From IMG/VR virus record IMGVR_UViG_3300028831_000484, positions 5,398 through 69,397 of that record: a stretch of 64,000 nt of DNA; one strand, given 5' to 3'. The DNA is from a virus. The translations under genes were made by a program, and so were the position numbers. The notes below the pieces were generated by a model. That model was not told where the DNA came from and searched no databases. It saw nothing but the letters and a program-made list of their open reading frames with translations. Each line of letters begins with the position of its first letter. Within the stretch, counting starts at the first letter, position 1. Below, in pieces: positions 19,043 to 28,017 of this stretch.

Positions 19043-19799
19043 TTACACCTTTCAGCTTCGGATTGAATCGAGCGTAATGTGGATCAACCTTCGCATGGCA
19101 CTTGGCGCACAATGTCACGCCGTTGCTCACGTCGTAGCGCAACTCCGGATGTGAGCGCCACGGCTTGATGTGGTGTACCATCACCTTCAATCCAGGTTCC
19201 TTGCAATCAGTGCAGGTCTTGTTGTCGCGGGCGAACACCGCCTCACGCCAAATGTCATACCCACATTGATTAAGTGCGCGTGTTGGTCTCTTGCCGTTGT
19301 GCGGAACGGTTGCGAAACGCGCCATGTGAATTGCTGACAACTTTCGCCTGTGTTCCAATGAACGCTTCTTTCCACGATTTGCTGCGGCAATCTTTTCTAC
19401 AGTGGCTGCATCAATAACGCGCCCTACACCTTTGCCTTTTCTGGCGGCAGACATCCTGGCGCGCACCTCCGCAGAATTCTTCCTACCACGGTTGGCCGCT
19501 ACAGTTTTGATAACAGCTTCCACTGGCTGTTTTTTGCCTTTGTTTACGGCACTAAGCTTCGCTCGCGTTTCCGGCGTGGGATGATAACCGCCTTTCGCCG
19601 CCATCGTCGCACGACGTTTGGCCACGGTCTCCGGTGCGATCTTCTTTCCTGTGCTGGCCGCACTAATCTTATCGCCCCATGTAATCACGCGGCCCTTCAA
19701 TCTGGCGCTCATCTTGGCACGGTATTCCGGTGATTTAACAACAGCGAGCAGTCGTTCTTTACGCAGTGCTTCCTTTTGTGGGTCTGACAGGGTAGGCAT
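19035..19799 (-). CDS. HNH endonuclease with NUMOD3-like repeats
   Basis: Repeats ETRAKLSAVNKGKK / EVRARMSAARKGK / EHRRKLSAIH; C-terminal CTDC...VHHIKPW...SNGVTLCAKCH. Confidence 0.85.
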   Translation of the reverse strand: MPTLSDPQKEALRKERLLAVVKSPEYRAKMSARLKGRVITWGDKISAASTGKKIAPETVAKRRATMAAKGGYHPTPETRAKLSAVNKGKKQPVEAVIKTVAANRGRKNSAEVRARMSAARKGKGVGRVIDAATVEKIAAANRGKKRSLEHRRKLSAIHMARFATVPHNGKRPTRALNQCGYDIWREAVFARDNKTCTDCKEPGLKVMVHHIKPWRSHPELRYDVSNGVTLCAKCHAKVDPHYARFNPKLKGVNA

Positions 19800-19808
19800 G
19801 GTGCTGTT

Positions 19809-19817
19809 ATTATAGCA
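19809..19817 (-). promoter_or_regulatory. extended -10 element (TGcTATAAT) upstream of the HNH gene
   Basis: Minus strand reads tgctataat-aacagcacc-ATG. Confidence 0.45.
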
Positions 19818-19825
19818 CATAGGCA

Positions 19826-21013
19826 TCAATACTCCCACAGTGCCGCAGTTTGCTCATCCGCTGCCGCTCCAGCAGCAGCTCCAGCTCCGCCGTAACTACC
19901 ATAGCTCCCAACGCTTGGTGTATCGGCAAATGATGTAGAGCCAGTTGCTCCGCCCTCCCAAGCCGATGGATCCTTGCCAATAGCTCCCTCCGCTGCCGCT
20001 TTCGCCGCCGCACTGCTATACCCACCATATTGACTGGATGGCGTGAACAGTCCCTTCGCCCAAGCATTAGCCAAGTCACCTCCGGCGCGTCCGGTTGTTG
20101 CCGACAGGATTTGCCATGGAGAAGTTTTAACGCCGGGCGTTGGCAATGGCGTAACCTGAAACGGATTTTGGCCAGTCCTGAAAAACTGGAACGGTTGCAA
20201 CCTGCGATTGAACGCCGTGTTGACCTGTTCGGCTGGTTGCTCCTGAAGGTTTAAAATGTTCTGAGCCTGCGCCGTTGGCAGGTTCAGCGATCCTAACTTC
20301 AAGTTACGACCAGACGCTTGGATGCCTTGCACTTCCTGCGCATTGGCCAAGTTCGCGCCAGCCACGTCCATCGCGTTTTGACCAAGGATGCCCCTTGTAG
20401 CATCCAACTGTATGCGCTGATTGGCCAATGAGTCTCCGGTGTAACCACGGCGCGCTTGAATCGCCCTTGTATCGTTGAGGATCTTTTGAAGGGCTTCCAA
20501 CCCCGATTCCTTGCGCGCACCGGCCAGCGCCAGCCGCGCATCTGCAACCGGCCCGGCTTCCGCCAGTGCCTGGTTCGTCAACGTGTTGTCGTAGATCCCG
20601 CGCACCACATCGCCGCCCGCCTCCGCCGTTGGAAGGTAAGCGTTGACGACTGCTTGTGCGCGAGCGGCCTGTTCCTCCGGCGTCCCGAGAACGTTGCCCG
20701 TCGCCGTAAATGTTCTCCCCGCCTCGTCTGCAATTGCGCGCTCCTGATCGCCAAAATAATAAGGAAGGAACGCGGATTCCCGGCCGACCACGTCACTTGG
20801 CACCTGCACGGCGCCAACGCGAGACGGCAACGCCGCGCCACGGGAAGCCAGTTGAAATAACAGGTTGGCCTGACGATCCTGCAACGCAGACTTTCTCTGA
20901 CGTTCGGAGGCTTTATCCTGCGCTGCGGATCCCAGAACTGCGGCAAGCGTACCCGAAAGCACCGTGCCCAGCATTGGCAACACCGCGAAACCAGCTAGTA
21001 GTTCCAATATCAT
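19826..21013 (-). CDS. putative ejection (pilot) protein
   Basis: Hydrophobic Gly/Ala N-terminus, Ala/Gln-rich; lies between the GNAT gene and the giant protein. Confidence 0.6.
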   Translation of the reverse strand: MILELLAGFAVLPMLGTVLSGTLAAVLGSAAQDKASERQRKSALQDRQANLLFQLASRGAALPSRVGAVQVPSDVVGRESAFLPYYFGDQERAIADEAGRTFTATGNVLGTPEEQAARAQAVVNAYLPTAEAGGDVVRGIYDNTLTNQALAEAGPVADARLALAGARKESGLEALQKILNDTRAIQARRGYTGDSLANQRIQLDATRGILGQNAMDVAGANLANAQEVQGIQASGRNLKLGSLNLPTAQAQNILNLQEQPAEQVNTAFNRRLQPFQFFRTGQNPFQVTPLPTPGVKTSPWQILSATTGRAGGDLANAWAKGLFTPSSQYGGYSSAAAKAAAEGAIGKDPSAWEGGATGSTSFADTPSVGSYGSYGGAGAAAGAAADEQTAALWEY

Positions 21014-21405
21014 TTCAGGATTAGTTTTCTCCCAGTCGGCGGTTCTTCAATGGGAACACGAGTCAAACCATCCTTCGATGCGGGCTTGGTAGTTACTGGG
21101 GCCGGAGCGGGCGGAGGGCCGGGCGTCTCTGCTAACTCCTGAAGTCCCTTCAGGAACTTCATTAACGCGGTCTCCTGCTGTTCCTTTGTGGGGCCATGGG
21201 GCAGCGGTTTCCAGTGATCGGGTGGCGGGTCGTAAGGATTCGCAGGATCATAAACGAAGTCTGTATGGTCCGAGGTGTACGGATGAACCCCCGCGTACCC
21301 ATCCAACGGGCCACAAGTCCCAGCGCCAATCGCGCCACCGATGCCGGGATCGCCAAACACCGATGGGTATTGTTGGATAGCCAGTGGTTGAAAAAGGTTG
21401 CTCAT
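21010..21405 (-). CDS. hypothetical Pro-rich virion-module protein
   Basis: ATG at 21405 overlaps the GNAT stop (ATGA). Confidence 0.55.
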   Translation of the reverse strand: MSNLFQPLAIQQYPSVFGDPGIGGAIGAGTCGPLDGYAGVHPYTSDHTDFVYDPANPYDPPPDHWKPLPHGPTKEQQETALMKFLKGLQELAETPGPPPAPAPVTTKPASKDGLTRVPIEEPPTGRKLILK

Positions 21406-21845
21406 AACTCTTTCATGTAGTGGTGCTCGATACATTTGTAACCGCACCGTTCATAAAACGCACCCAGCTTTTCCGGCTGCAACGACATCAGGTGCGTCAT
21501 CCCAACGAACTTTGCGCCTCGCTGCCGGGCGTGCCGTTCAAACGCTTCCAACAATGCCAACCCGTAACCCCTGTGCTCCGGCAACACGTACCACAACAAC
21601 TCTGTAGCCACCGATTGACCGGTGAAGAAGTCCGGCGCAATTGCGTAACCAAGCGCACCAAGGATATTGCCTTCATCATCGAATACCCCGAGGATTGCAC
21701 CATCCGCGTGCGTGATGAGCCGTTCCCATTGATTGCAAAAGTGCGCCTTGTTGAACTTGCCGGGCAAGTTCCCTTCTGCGAAAAACCGTTCCCCGCCTTC
21801 CACACAGGCTTCGAGTTCCCATACGTTAAGAGCGCGAATGATTAT
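21402..21845 (-). CDS. GNAT-family N-acetyltransferase
   Basis: ELLWYVLPEHRGYGLALLEAFERHARQRGA acetyl-CoA motif. The frame extends to an ATA at 21845; the first GTG is at 21803. Confidence 0.82.
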   Translation of the reverse strand: MIIRALNVWELEACVEGGERFFAEGNLPGKFNKAHFCNQWERLITHADGAILGVFDDEGNILGALGYAIAPDFFTGQSVATELLWYVLPEHRGYGLALLEAFERHARQRGAKFVGMTHLMSLQPEKLGAFYERCGYKCIEHHYMKEL

Positions 21846-22384
21846 GCTGACGGCCTTTCCCTGTATTGTTTGATGGCGATCTCGTGCGTCTCATCAATTG
21901 CGTCACCCTGCCAGTCCAGCTCCACGGACTTCGGCTCGCCGTTCAGCCAGTTTTGAACTACCAGGAATGCCCCGCCTCGCGGACCAACGGAAAAGCTGTG
22001 AGGCGCACCCGGTGGAATGCGCCACATCATACCGTTCGTGTTAACGGTGCCATCCTCCCGTTCAACAAGCATGGTCTCATCAACCACGGTTTTGCCGTGA
22101 ATACACACGTTCAAATCGCCGGAGATGTAAACGCCAATGCCGTCAACGTGCGGATGGGAATGCTCGCCTACAACCATACCGGGTGCGCAAATCCAAAGTT
22201 GCACCTGAAAGGGAGCCTGCCGGAACAGGACAATCCCCGTCGCGTCCCCCACCTTGGAGAGGCCATCGTATAACGAGCGCGGCACCCCAAAGCCAGGTTG
22301 ATGAACGTACCATGTGGCAAAAGCCATGAGCGGGTCGTAGGCCGGTGCAGATACGGGCGTTGCTTGTTTCGGTTTATCGCTCAT
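21842..22384 (-). CDS. cupin-domain protein
   Basis: GEHSHPHVDG...IPPGAPHSF cupin motifs. Confidence 0.78.
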   Translation of the reverse strand: MSDKPKQATPVSAPAYDPLMAFATWYVHQPGFGVPRSLYDGLSKVGDATGIVLFRQAPFQVQLWICAPGMVVGEHSHPHVDGIGVYISGDLNVCIHGKTVVDETMLVEREDGTVNTNGMMWRIPPGAPHSFSVGPRGGAFLVVQNWLNGEPKSVELDWQGDAIDETHEIAIKQYRERPSA

Positions 22385-23505
22385 ACAACCCTTGTGGCAG
22401 AAACTGCCAGGTCAAAATCTTGGGACAAATCCGTGAGGTTCAGGGTAGCGTGCGTCAGGGTATCGCGTCGAAGAATGGCCCCAACGTTCTCAATCAGCAT
22501 GTCCAGCTCCGTGCTGGTCGTTAACGGAATGAACACGTCGTACACGTCGGCGCTGTAAAAAATTGCACGTAAGTCAACACGGTCACCAACCGCGTATTCA
22601 TGGGCTATTCCAGAGGCGTTGCCCTTGTTCACCAGCCACCACTGCACAGAGTCAGGTAATCCGCCAAGCCCATGGGTCAACGCTGCGGCCAGCTTTGAAG
22701 TCGTTGATGTTGGGATGGCGATGCCGGTGCTCCGATAAATCAAAGTTGTTCCAGCCGACACCGGGTTGGCTACTAGCCAGTACGTGCCATCGTAGGTTAA
22801 CTCGTAGATTCCACCATTTACCAGCTCCCCGCCCACCAGCGCTGCCCCGGAATACTTCCGGACTTCAGCAAAACCGAGGTCAATGGCCGGGTCCGTGACC
22901 GCAATCTTCAAACGTGGAACACCGGTATTGGTGGCGCTGAGCTTAACCAAGACCGTATAACCAGCGTAGTACGTCTCCGGCACTTCAAAGCCCTGAGAGG
23001 CCAAGGAGGCAACCGTGGCCGTGTAGTCGTTGCCGGAGTTGGAAGCCGCCGCGTAGTTAACCTGTGAGTTTGAACCAGGATTCAAAAGAAGGAAGGAGGC
23101 GCTGACTGGATCGTACACCAGGGCCGCAATCCCAGGCTTCAAATCCCCGGAAACCAAAGCCAACCCGCCGGTTTTTTTAATGCCCGTGGCCGAAAACGAA
23201 TTGATGGCAATGGTCGCCGGTCCTGTGTTGGCCACGTCAACCTTGATGAGGATTACACGACCGGCAAAATCAGTGATGGCGCCGAACGTACCGGCAATTG
23301 AAATTGCGTAGGCGTCTGTGCCAGATGCAGTTGTTGCGTACGGAACCTTTTGATCCCTCACGCTGCCGTCAGCGTTAATGGACACGTCCAGCCGGGTCTC
23401 CAAGCCGTTGACGAAGTTTTCGATTGTTGTAAGGTTGCCGTCCCCCTCTGCTGGAGTTAATCTCGATCCCTTGATCAATCTCTTTGTCAATGTGCCAATT
23501 GGCAT
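22381..23505 (-). CDS. tail fibre-like protein
   Basis: Two copies of an ANTG..T....IKK..G..L..G.L..G module; beta-rich. Confidence 0.65.
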   Translation of the reverse strand: MPIGTLTKRLIKGSRLTPAEGDGNLTTIENFVNGLETRLDVSINADGSVRDQKVPYATTASGTDAYAISIAGTFGAITDFAGRVILIKVDVANTGPATIAINSFSATGIKKTGGLALVSGDLKPGIAALVYDPVSASFLLLNPGSNSQVNYAAASNSGNDYTATVASLASQGFEVPETYYAGYTVLVKLSATNTGVPRLKIAVTDPAIDLGFAEVRKYSGAALVGGELVNGGIYELTYDGTYWLVANPVSAGTTLIYRSTGIAIPTSTTSKLAAALTHGLGGLPDSVQWWLVNKGNASGIAHEYAVGDRVDLRAIFYSADVYDVFIPLTTSTELDMLIENVGAILRRDTLTHATLNLTDLSQDFDLAVSATRVV

Positions 23506-23517
23506 GATCTTGTTTCC

Positions 23518-24174
23518 TTATTTTGGGTTCGGAATCAATTGTTTCTTCGGAGTAAAAAACGCCGACTCAGCACCCCAGCCGTAATTCAACCGGTCCCGCA
23601 CGATGGCTGTGGATACACCGAACTTCTCAGAGAGTGCAGCGAGGCATCCTGTGACCCCACGCACAGTCACGATGCGATTGTTGCGCTTGTTTCGGTTTTG
23701 TTCCTTAGTCGTCGCCCAGCGACAGTTCCCAGGCTCGTAATCCTTGTTATTGTCGATTCGTTCAATCGTCATGCCTTGCGGCTTCTCTCCCATGTCGGCG
23801 AGAAAGTTTTCAAAATTTAGCCAGCGTTCACAAACCGCAATGCCCCGCCCGCCGTAAATCGGAAAGTGATGATCTTTAGGATTAAAACAGCGCGCCTTGA
23901 TGTGCGCCCAGCAAATGTATGTTCTGGTTGGCTTCCCCCTCGGCGAGTGCCCGTGCGTCACTTCAGCTAGGGTATCCCGCAAGAAGCATCCACACGATTT
24001 CGTGTCCCCGGTGCGTAATTCTTGGTTGCACACCAGAACCACGGCACCGCAGTCGCACACGCACTTTGAACGCGTGCGGTAATTCCTCCCAGGATTAGTG
24101 CGAATCGACTGCGCGTCATCAACAACTAAAAGCCTCCCGAATCTTTTCCCGATGAGACAGATTTTGACAGGCAT
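23518..24174 (-). CDS. HNH homing endonuclease (YGGRGIxVCxRW family)
   Basis: GKRFGRL..., YGGRGIAVCERW, TIERIDNNKDYEPGNCRWAT. Confidence 0.88.
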   Translation of the reverse strand: MPVKICLIGKRFGRLLVVDDAQSIRTNPGRNYRTRSKCVCDCGAVVLVCNQELRTGDTKSCGCFLRDTLAEVTHGHSPRGKPTRTYICWAHIKARCFNPKDHHFPIYGGRGIAVCERWLNFENFLADMGEKPQGMTIERIDNNKDYEPGNCRWATTKEQNRNKRNNRIVTVRGVTGCLAALSEKFGVSTAIVRDRLNYGWGAESAFFTPKKQLIPNPK

Positions 24175-24238
24175 ACGCGTTGTTCCCCTAAAATTAGGTT
24201 GACATTTAAACCTCCACACCCTCATCGTCAACAACGAA

Positions 24239-24574
24239 ATGTCACTGTGGGCCAGCAAAGCCGACTTAAACGAAACCGAACGGATCCTCAAGTCATCCAT
24301 TCACAACGCAAGGGACACCATTATGGAAGCAATCACCTCATTCGCAAACCGCGTCAACACTGCCTTCGATAAGTTGGGAACGGCCGTCGATGGCGTTGCC
24401 TCAGACGTGGATTTCCTGAAACAACAAATCGCCACGCTGCAAAATTCACCGGGAACCCTTTCGGTGGAAGACCAAGCCACGCTGGACGCCATCCAATCCC
24501 GTGCGGAAACGTTGTCCGACAAGGTGGACGCGCTGGACAAGGCCACCGAACAGCCCCCGGTGCCAACTTCGTAA
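24239..24574 (+). CDS. small coiled-coil protein, antisense to the tail operon (start may be 24323)
   Basis: Heptad-rich AFDKLGTAVDGVASDVDFLKQQIATLQ; followed by a terminator. Confidence 0.65.
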   Translation: MSLWASKADLNETERILKSSIHNARDTIMEAITSFANRVNTAFDKLGTAVDGVASDVDFLKQQIATLQNSPGTLSVEDQATLDAIQSRAETLSDKVDALDKATEQPPVPTS

Positions 24575-24588
24575 GCTGGCTTTCCTTT

Positions 24589-24619
24589 AAAGCCGGGGAT
24601 ACACCATCCCCGGCTTTTT
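24589..24619. terminator. intrinsic terminator, probably bidirectional
   Basis: aaagccggggat-acacc-atcccggcttttt between convergent genes. Confidence 0.7.
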
Positions 24620-25158
24620 CATTGCCTGCATGTCACCGCCCACGCAAATCTCGTGGCCGGGATCCCACCCTGCGTAGTGATTTTAACCCCGACTTCAACT
24701 CCCGGCAAAATCAGAATTGCGTGTGTCGTGTTCGTGCCGCGCATCTCGGTAGCACCAGCAACACTTGTTTTTAAACCCGTTGGCAATCCGTTCGTCATCA
24801 ATTCCAGGGTGTTGGTATGAAGCGAGCCGGGCGGAACACTGCATACGAAATACAAATTCGTGAAAGCCGTGGCCACGGTGATGATGTTGGCTGTGACCGT
24901 AGAAGAGTAAACGGTCTGGTTGTTTGGCCCGATGTTCCATAGCGGCCAGTATGTCGTGCTGCCTGCTGCCGGTGTATTGTTCCCGGTGTTGGCCCCTTGC
25001 GTGATACCAAAGGACAACACGGCGCCATTCGTATTCCAAAAGGATTTAAACCCATCTGTGACGAGCGCTGCGCCAAGAACTGGCGGGCCTTGCGGATCAG
25101 ACTGCGCGTTCATGCAAAGGGGCAGCACCAGAAACAGCAAAAGAAATATCGTTCTCAT
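24619..25158 (-). CDS. signal-peptide-bearing beta-rich protein
   Basis: MRTIFLLLFLVLPLCMNAQ; ATGA overlap with the upstream stop. Confidence 0.6.
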   Translation of the reverse strand: MRTIFLLLFLVLPLCMNAQSDPQGPPVLGAALVTDGFKSFWNTNGAVLSFGITQGANTGNNTPAAGSTTYWPLWNIGPNNQTVYSSTVTANIITVATAFTNLYFVCSVPPGSLHTNTLELMTNGLPTGLKTSVAGATEMRGTNTTHAILILPGVEVGVKITTQGGIPATRFAWAVTCRQ

Positions 25159-27398
25159 TTTAACAACCAATTCGCTGACAAGATCGTCACGCTTGCCCCA
25201 ACGCCGCTGAGATCGTTGAAAGAATACACTTCGTTCGGTCCCACATCAGGGATGACCATTTGCAGCGTGACCGTAGCAGTCAAACCGAATTGAACGTTAT
25301 TCGTAAAACACCGGCCAGAGGTGCTGTTTGTCCAGTACCACGCCGGGTCGCCGGTCGCAGCATCGGCGTATTTTATGGACAACTCAATGTCGGCTCTCGC
25401 ACCAAGATCGTTTGTTCCACTCTTCCCAATCGTCACAGCATGAAGGTTGGCCGGGGCAACAACCGTAATCGGAGCTGTATTACTTGGCATGTGGACGTAG
25501 CTCTGATTCGTCAAGCTATTCGGAACAGTGACGCTATGGTTGGTGTTAATCTGAAGGTCCGCAGACGTTCCATTCGCGCCCAATGCCAGCGGCCTTGCTG
25601 TGCCGTTTGAACTTCCCTTCTGAGCGCGCAGGAAGAACCAAGATTGTGCGCCGTCATAACCGTATTCCATCCATTCGGCGTTGGTCATTCCACTGACAGT
25701 AATCGTGCCTGTCGAGGTGCCAAAAATGCGGTTGGTGACAGCCTTTGTCGCTGAATTGGCGTTGTAGATATCGAAGACGCCGCTGATGTCTCTGATTAGC
25801 GTAATGTCGTCATTGACGAGGCCGTTTCCTCCAAACAAAGGAACCGTTCCGAGATGCATTCCGGTTGAGTTTATGCGAACAAACTCAAAACCATTGCAGG
25901 AAATTCCGACTGCATTTGCAGCCGACCTAAACAGCCCCGTCCCACCCCCATCATCATCTGCCGTCCAGCCGATTGCCGGGAACGACGCGCTGCCGGATTG
26001 GAACGTCACGTTGCCCACGCCGTTGGTATTGATGAGGATGTTTGCGTTCGTCCCGATGCCGATGGCCAAGGGCTGGTTGGTGGCGTTGAGGATGCCGGTC
26101 TGATTGGTGTTGCTCCGCAGGAAATACCAGTTGAACGTGTTGTCGTAGCCGAGTTCCAGAAAGTGGGCGTTGGTGGGGTTGATAACACTGTTGAATCTTC
26201 CGAATCCGTAAATGCGATTTGTCACAGCGTCGTCCACCCAGCCGGACGCGCCGCCTCCTCTAGCCATGTGGATGACACCGGAGCCGGGACCGTAAATCGC
26301 CGCTCCAGGCGTGTTGCCGATAACGCTGTTCCAGCTGATGCCGTAAGTGTTGAGGAGCTGCAACCCACTACCACCAACTGACGTGAATGCCGCCCTCTCC
26401 GTTCCATTTACAGCAAAGTCAATTTCCGGCGTGCTGGCGCTCGCGATAAAGTACAGCCCGGTATTGTCCTGGTTCGTGCCTCCGACGGCGACCTGCGAAA
26501 CGGAGCCGTTGGGAAGCCTCAGTACACCATTGCTCTTAATCGTCGCCTGCACGTTGCCGTTGGTGTCCTTGACCTCGAACAGGTTCGTCACCATGCCGGT
26601 GATTCCTTGCACGGTGATCGGCACTGCCGTAATCGCTCCCGTCGTGTTCGTCGCGTTGATCAGCGTCGTGTTCGTCCCGCGACCGCTCTGGTTGTCGATT
26701 TTGTTGGTCAACCCGTTGATCGTGGTCGTGTACACCGCGTTGCTAACCGTCATGCCGAACGCCACGCAGGCATTGCTCACTGCCGCGTCGGCTGCGATGT
26801 AAGCGGTGACAAGCGCGTTGCTCGTCGTGGTATCAAATGATACCATCGTTGAATACAGTAGGTTACTCAAAGACACCGAAAACGCAGCCAAGTCGTTGCT
26901 GACACTGAGCATGTTGGCCGTAAGGAGAAGGTCCAAAGAGTTGGAAGCTGTCAGCGTGAATAACGTCGATGCCGAGTAAACCCCGTTCGAAGTCGTCGTG
27001 TCCCGAGCTGTCAATAAAGCCACCAACGCATTCGAAACCACCAAGTCCCCGGAAACGATCTCCGCTTCCAATGAGTTGGAAGCAGTCATAGTAAATGCGA
27101 TTGCGCCATTGCTCACTGCGTTATCGCCGGTCACCATCAACGTAGCCAATCCGTTGGAGCTAATGTTAACGTAGGAGATGGTTGCAAGACCATTTGTTGA
27201 CGAGCCTCCCGCCGAAATACGAATGCCCCATGAACCAACGGACAGCGTGATGTTTGTCCCGGCAACGAAGTTGTTTGTTCCGAAGAACGTGGTTGGGGAA
27301 GTAACCTTACCAGCCGTGTTGACCGTTACGGTTCTGACTTGTCCAAACGCCGGTAAAACAAGAAGGAAGAGGAGGGCAATCCTGCCCAGAAAGTTCAT
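25155..27398 (-). CDS. fibre/adhesin-like protein with signal-peptide-like N-terminus
   Basis: MNFLGRIALLFLLVLPAFGQ; Thr/Asn-rich; internal duplicated module VTNRIYG..ELGYD vs VTNRIFG..EYGYD. Confidence 0.65.
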   Translation of the reverse strand: MNFLGRIALLFLLVLPAFGQVRTVTVNTAGKVTSPTTFFGTNNFVAGTNITLSVGSWGIRISAGGSSTNGLATISYVNISSNGLATLMVTGDNAVSNGAIAFTMTASNSLEAEIVSGDLVVSNALVALLTARDTTTSNGVYSASTLFTLTASNSLDLLLTANMLSVSNDLAAFSVSLSNLLYSTMVSFDTTTSNALVTAYIAADAAVSNACVAFGMTVSNAVYTTTINGLTNKIDNQSGRGTNTTLINATNTTGAITAVPITVQGITGMVTNLFEVKDTNGNVQATIKSNGVLRLPNGSVSQVAVGGTNQDNTGLYFIASASTPEIDFAVNGTERAAFTSVGGSGLQLLNTYGISWNSVIGNTPGAAIYGPGSGVIHMARGGGASGWVDDAVTNRIYGFGRFNSVINPTNAHFLELGYDNTFNWYFLRSNTNQTGILNATNQPLAIGIGTNANILINTNGVGNVTFQSGSASFPAIGWTADDDGGGTGLFRSAANAVGISCNGFEFVRINSTGMHLGTVPLFGGNGLVNDDITLIRDISGVFDIYNANSATKAVTNRIFGTSTGTITVSGMTNAEWMEYGYDGAQSWFFLRAQKGSSNGTARPLALGANGTSADLQINTNHSVTVPNSLTNQSYVHMPSNTAPITVVAPANLHAVTIGKSGTNDLGARADIELSIKYADAATGDPAWYWTNSTSGRCFTNNVQFGLTATVTLQMVIPDVGPNEVYSFNDLSGVGASVTILSANWLLK

Positions 27399-27829
27399 GT
27401 CGTTGCATCTCCAATGTTGAATTGTTCCATGCCTGCACCACCTACAATCGTGATTCTATGCCACTTACCGGTGTCAGCGTTCTGCACTTCAAGTACGTTG
27501 TTTATCAAACGCACCCGTGACCCGTTGAGACCAGTCACGTAATCCGGCGTCGTTGCTTCGGTTGGCGTTGCCGCTGGCGTCGTGGTGGTTGTCGTTGTGC
27601 TGGAGCTTTGAGCCGATAAGTCGGAAACGGCCACGGAGACAGAAGTAAACCGTTTGCGCAGCGCATCCTTCAACTTCATCCAATTGTCCCTGGCTTCCTT
27701 CAACCAATCATCCAGATGCGGGAATCGTTCCAACACCTCCGGTGGAAGCTGCGGGTACAGTTCATCGGGCAGATCCTCAACCCCCGGCGAGACCTTTGAC
27801 GGCGGCGCGGTTTTCCTAGTAATCGCCAT
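27395..27829 (-). CDS. hypothetical virion-module protein
   Basis: Chained ORF with a Thr-rich linker. Confidence 0.6.
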   Translation of the reverse strand: MAITRKTAPPSKVSPGVEDLPDELYPQLPPEVLERFPHLDDWLKEARDNWMKLKDALRKRFTSVSVAVSDLSAQSSSTTTTTTTPAATPTEATTPDYVTGLNGSRVRLINNVLEVQNADTGKWHRITIVGGAGMEQFNIGDATT

Positions 27830-27957
27830 TAAAACAAATGACTACCCGCGAAGAAGGCAAGGCCAGCCGCAATCCACGAAACGCCGCCAATTTGTCCAAC
27901 CCCACATGCGGCCAGAACGAACATGACAATCGACGTGATGATGAGTGCTTTTTTCAT
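27829..27957 (-). CDS. 42-aa membrane peptide (not in the ORF track)
   Basis: MKKALIITSIVMFVLAACGVGQIGGVSWIAAGLAFFAGSHLF; TAATG overlap with the next start. Confidence 0.6.
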   Translation of the reverse strand: MKKALIITSIVMFVLAACGVGQIGGVSWIAAGLAFFAGSHLF

Positions 27958-27966
27958 AAGTTATGA

Positions 27967-27995
27967 TTGACCGGCGCCTTTTATGTTGCTATAAA
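27967..27995 (+). promoter_or_regulatory. sigma70-like promoter of the antisense HNH gene
   Basis: TTGACC-17 nt-TATAAA, 22 nt before the ATG at 28018. Confidence 0.6.
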
Positions 27996-28017
27996 AACCA
28001 ACATTCCACCTGCAATT

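Noticed and set aside
21852-21866. GGGAAAG -1 frameshift fusing cupin to GNAT
   Set aside because: The heptamer is in the wrong phase relative to the cupin frame.
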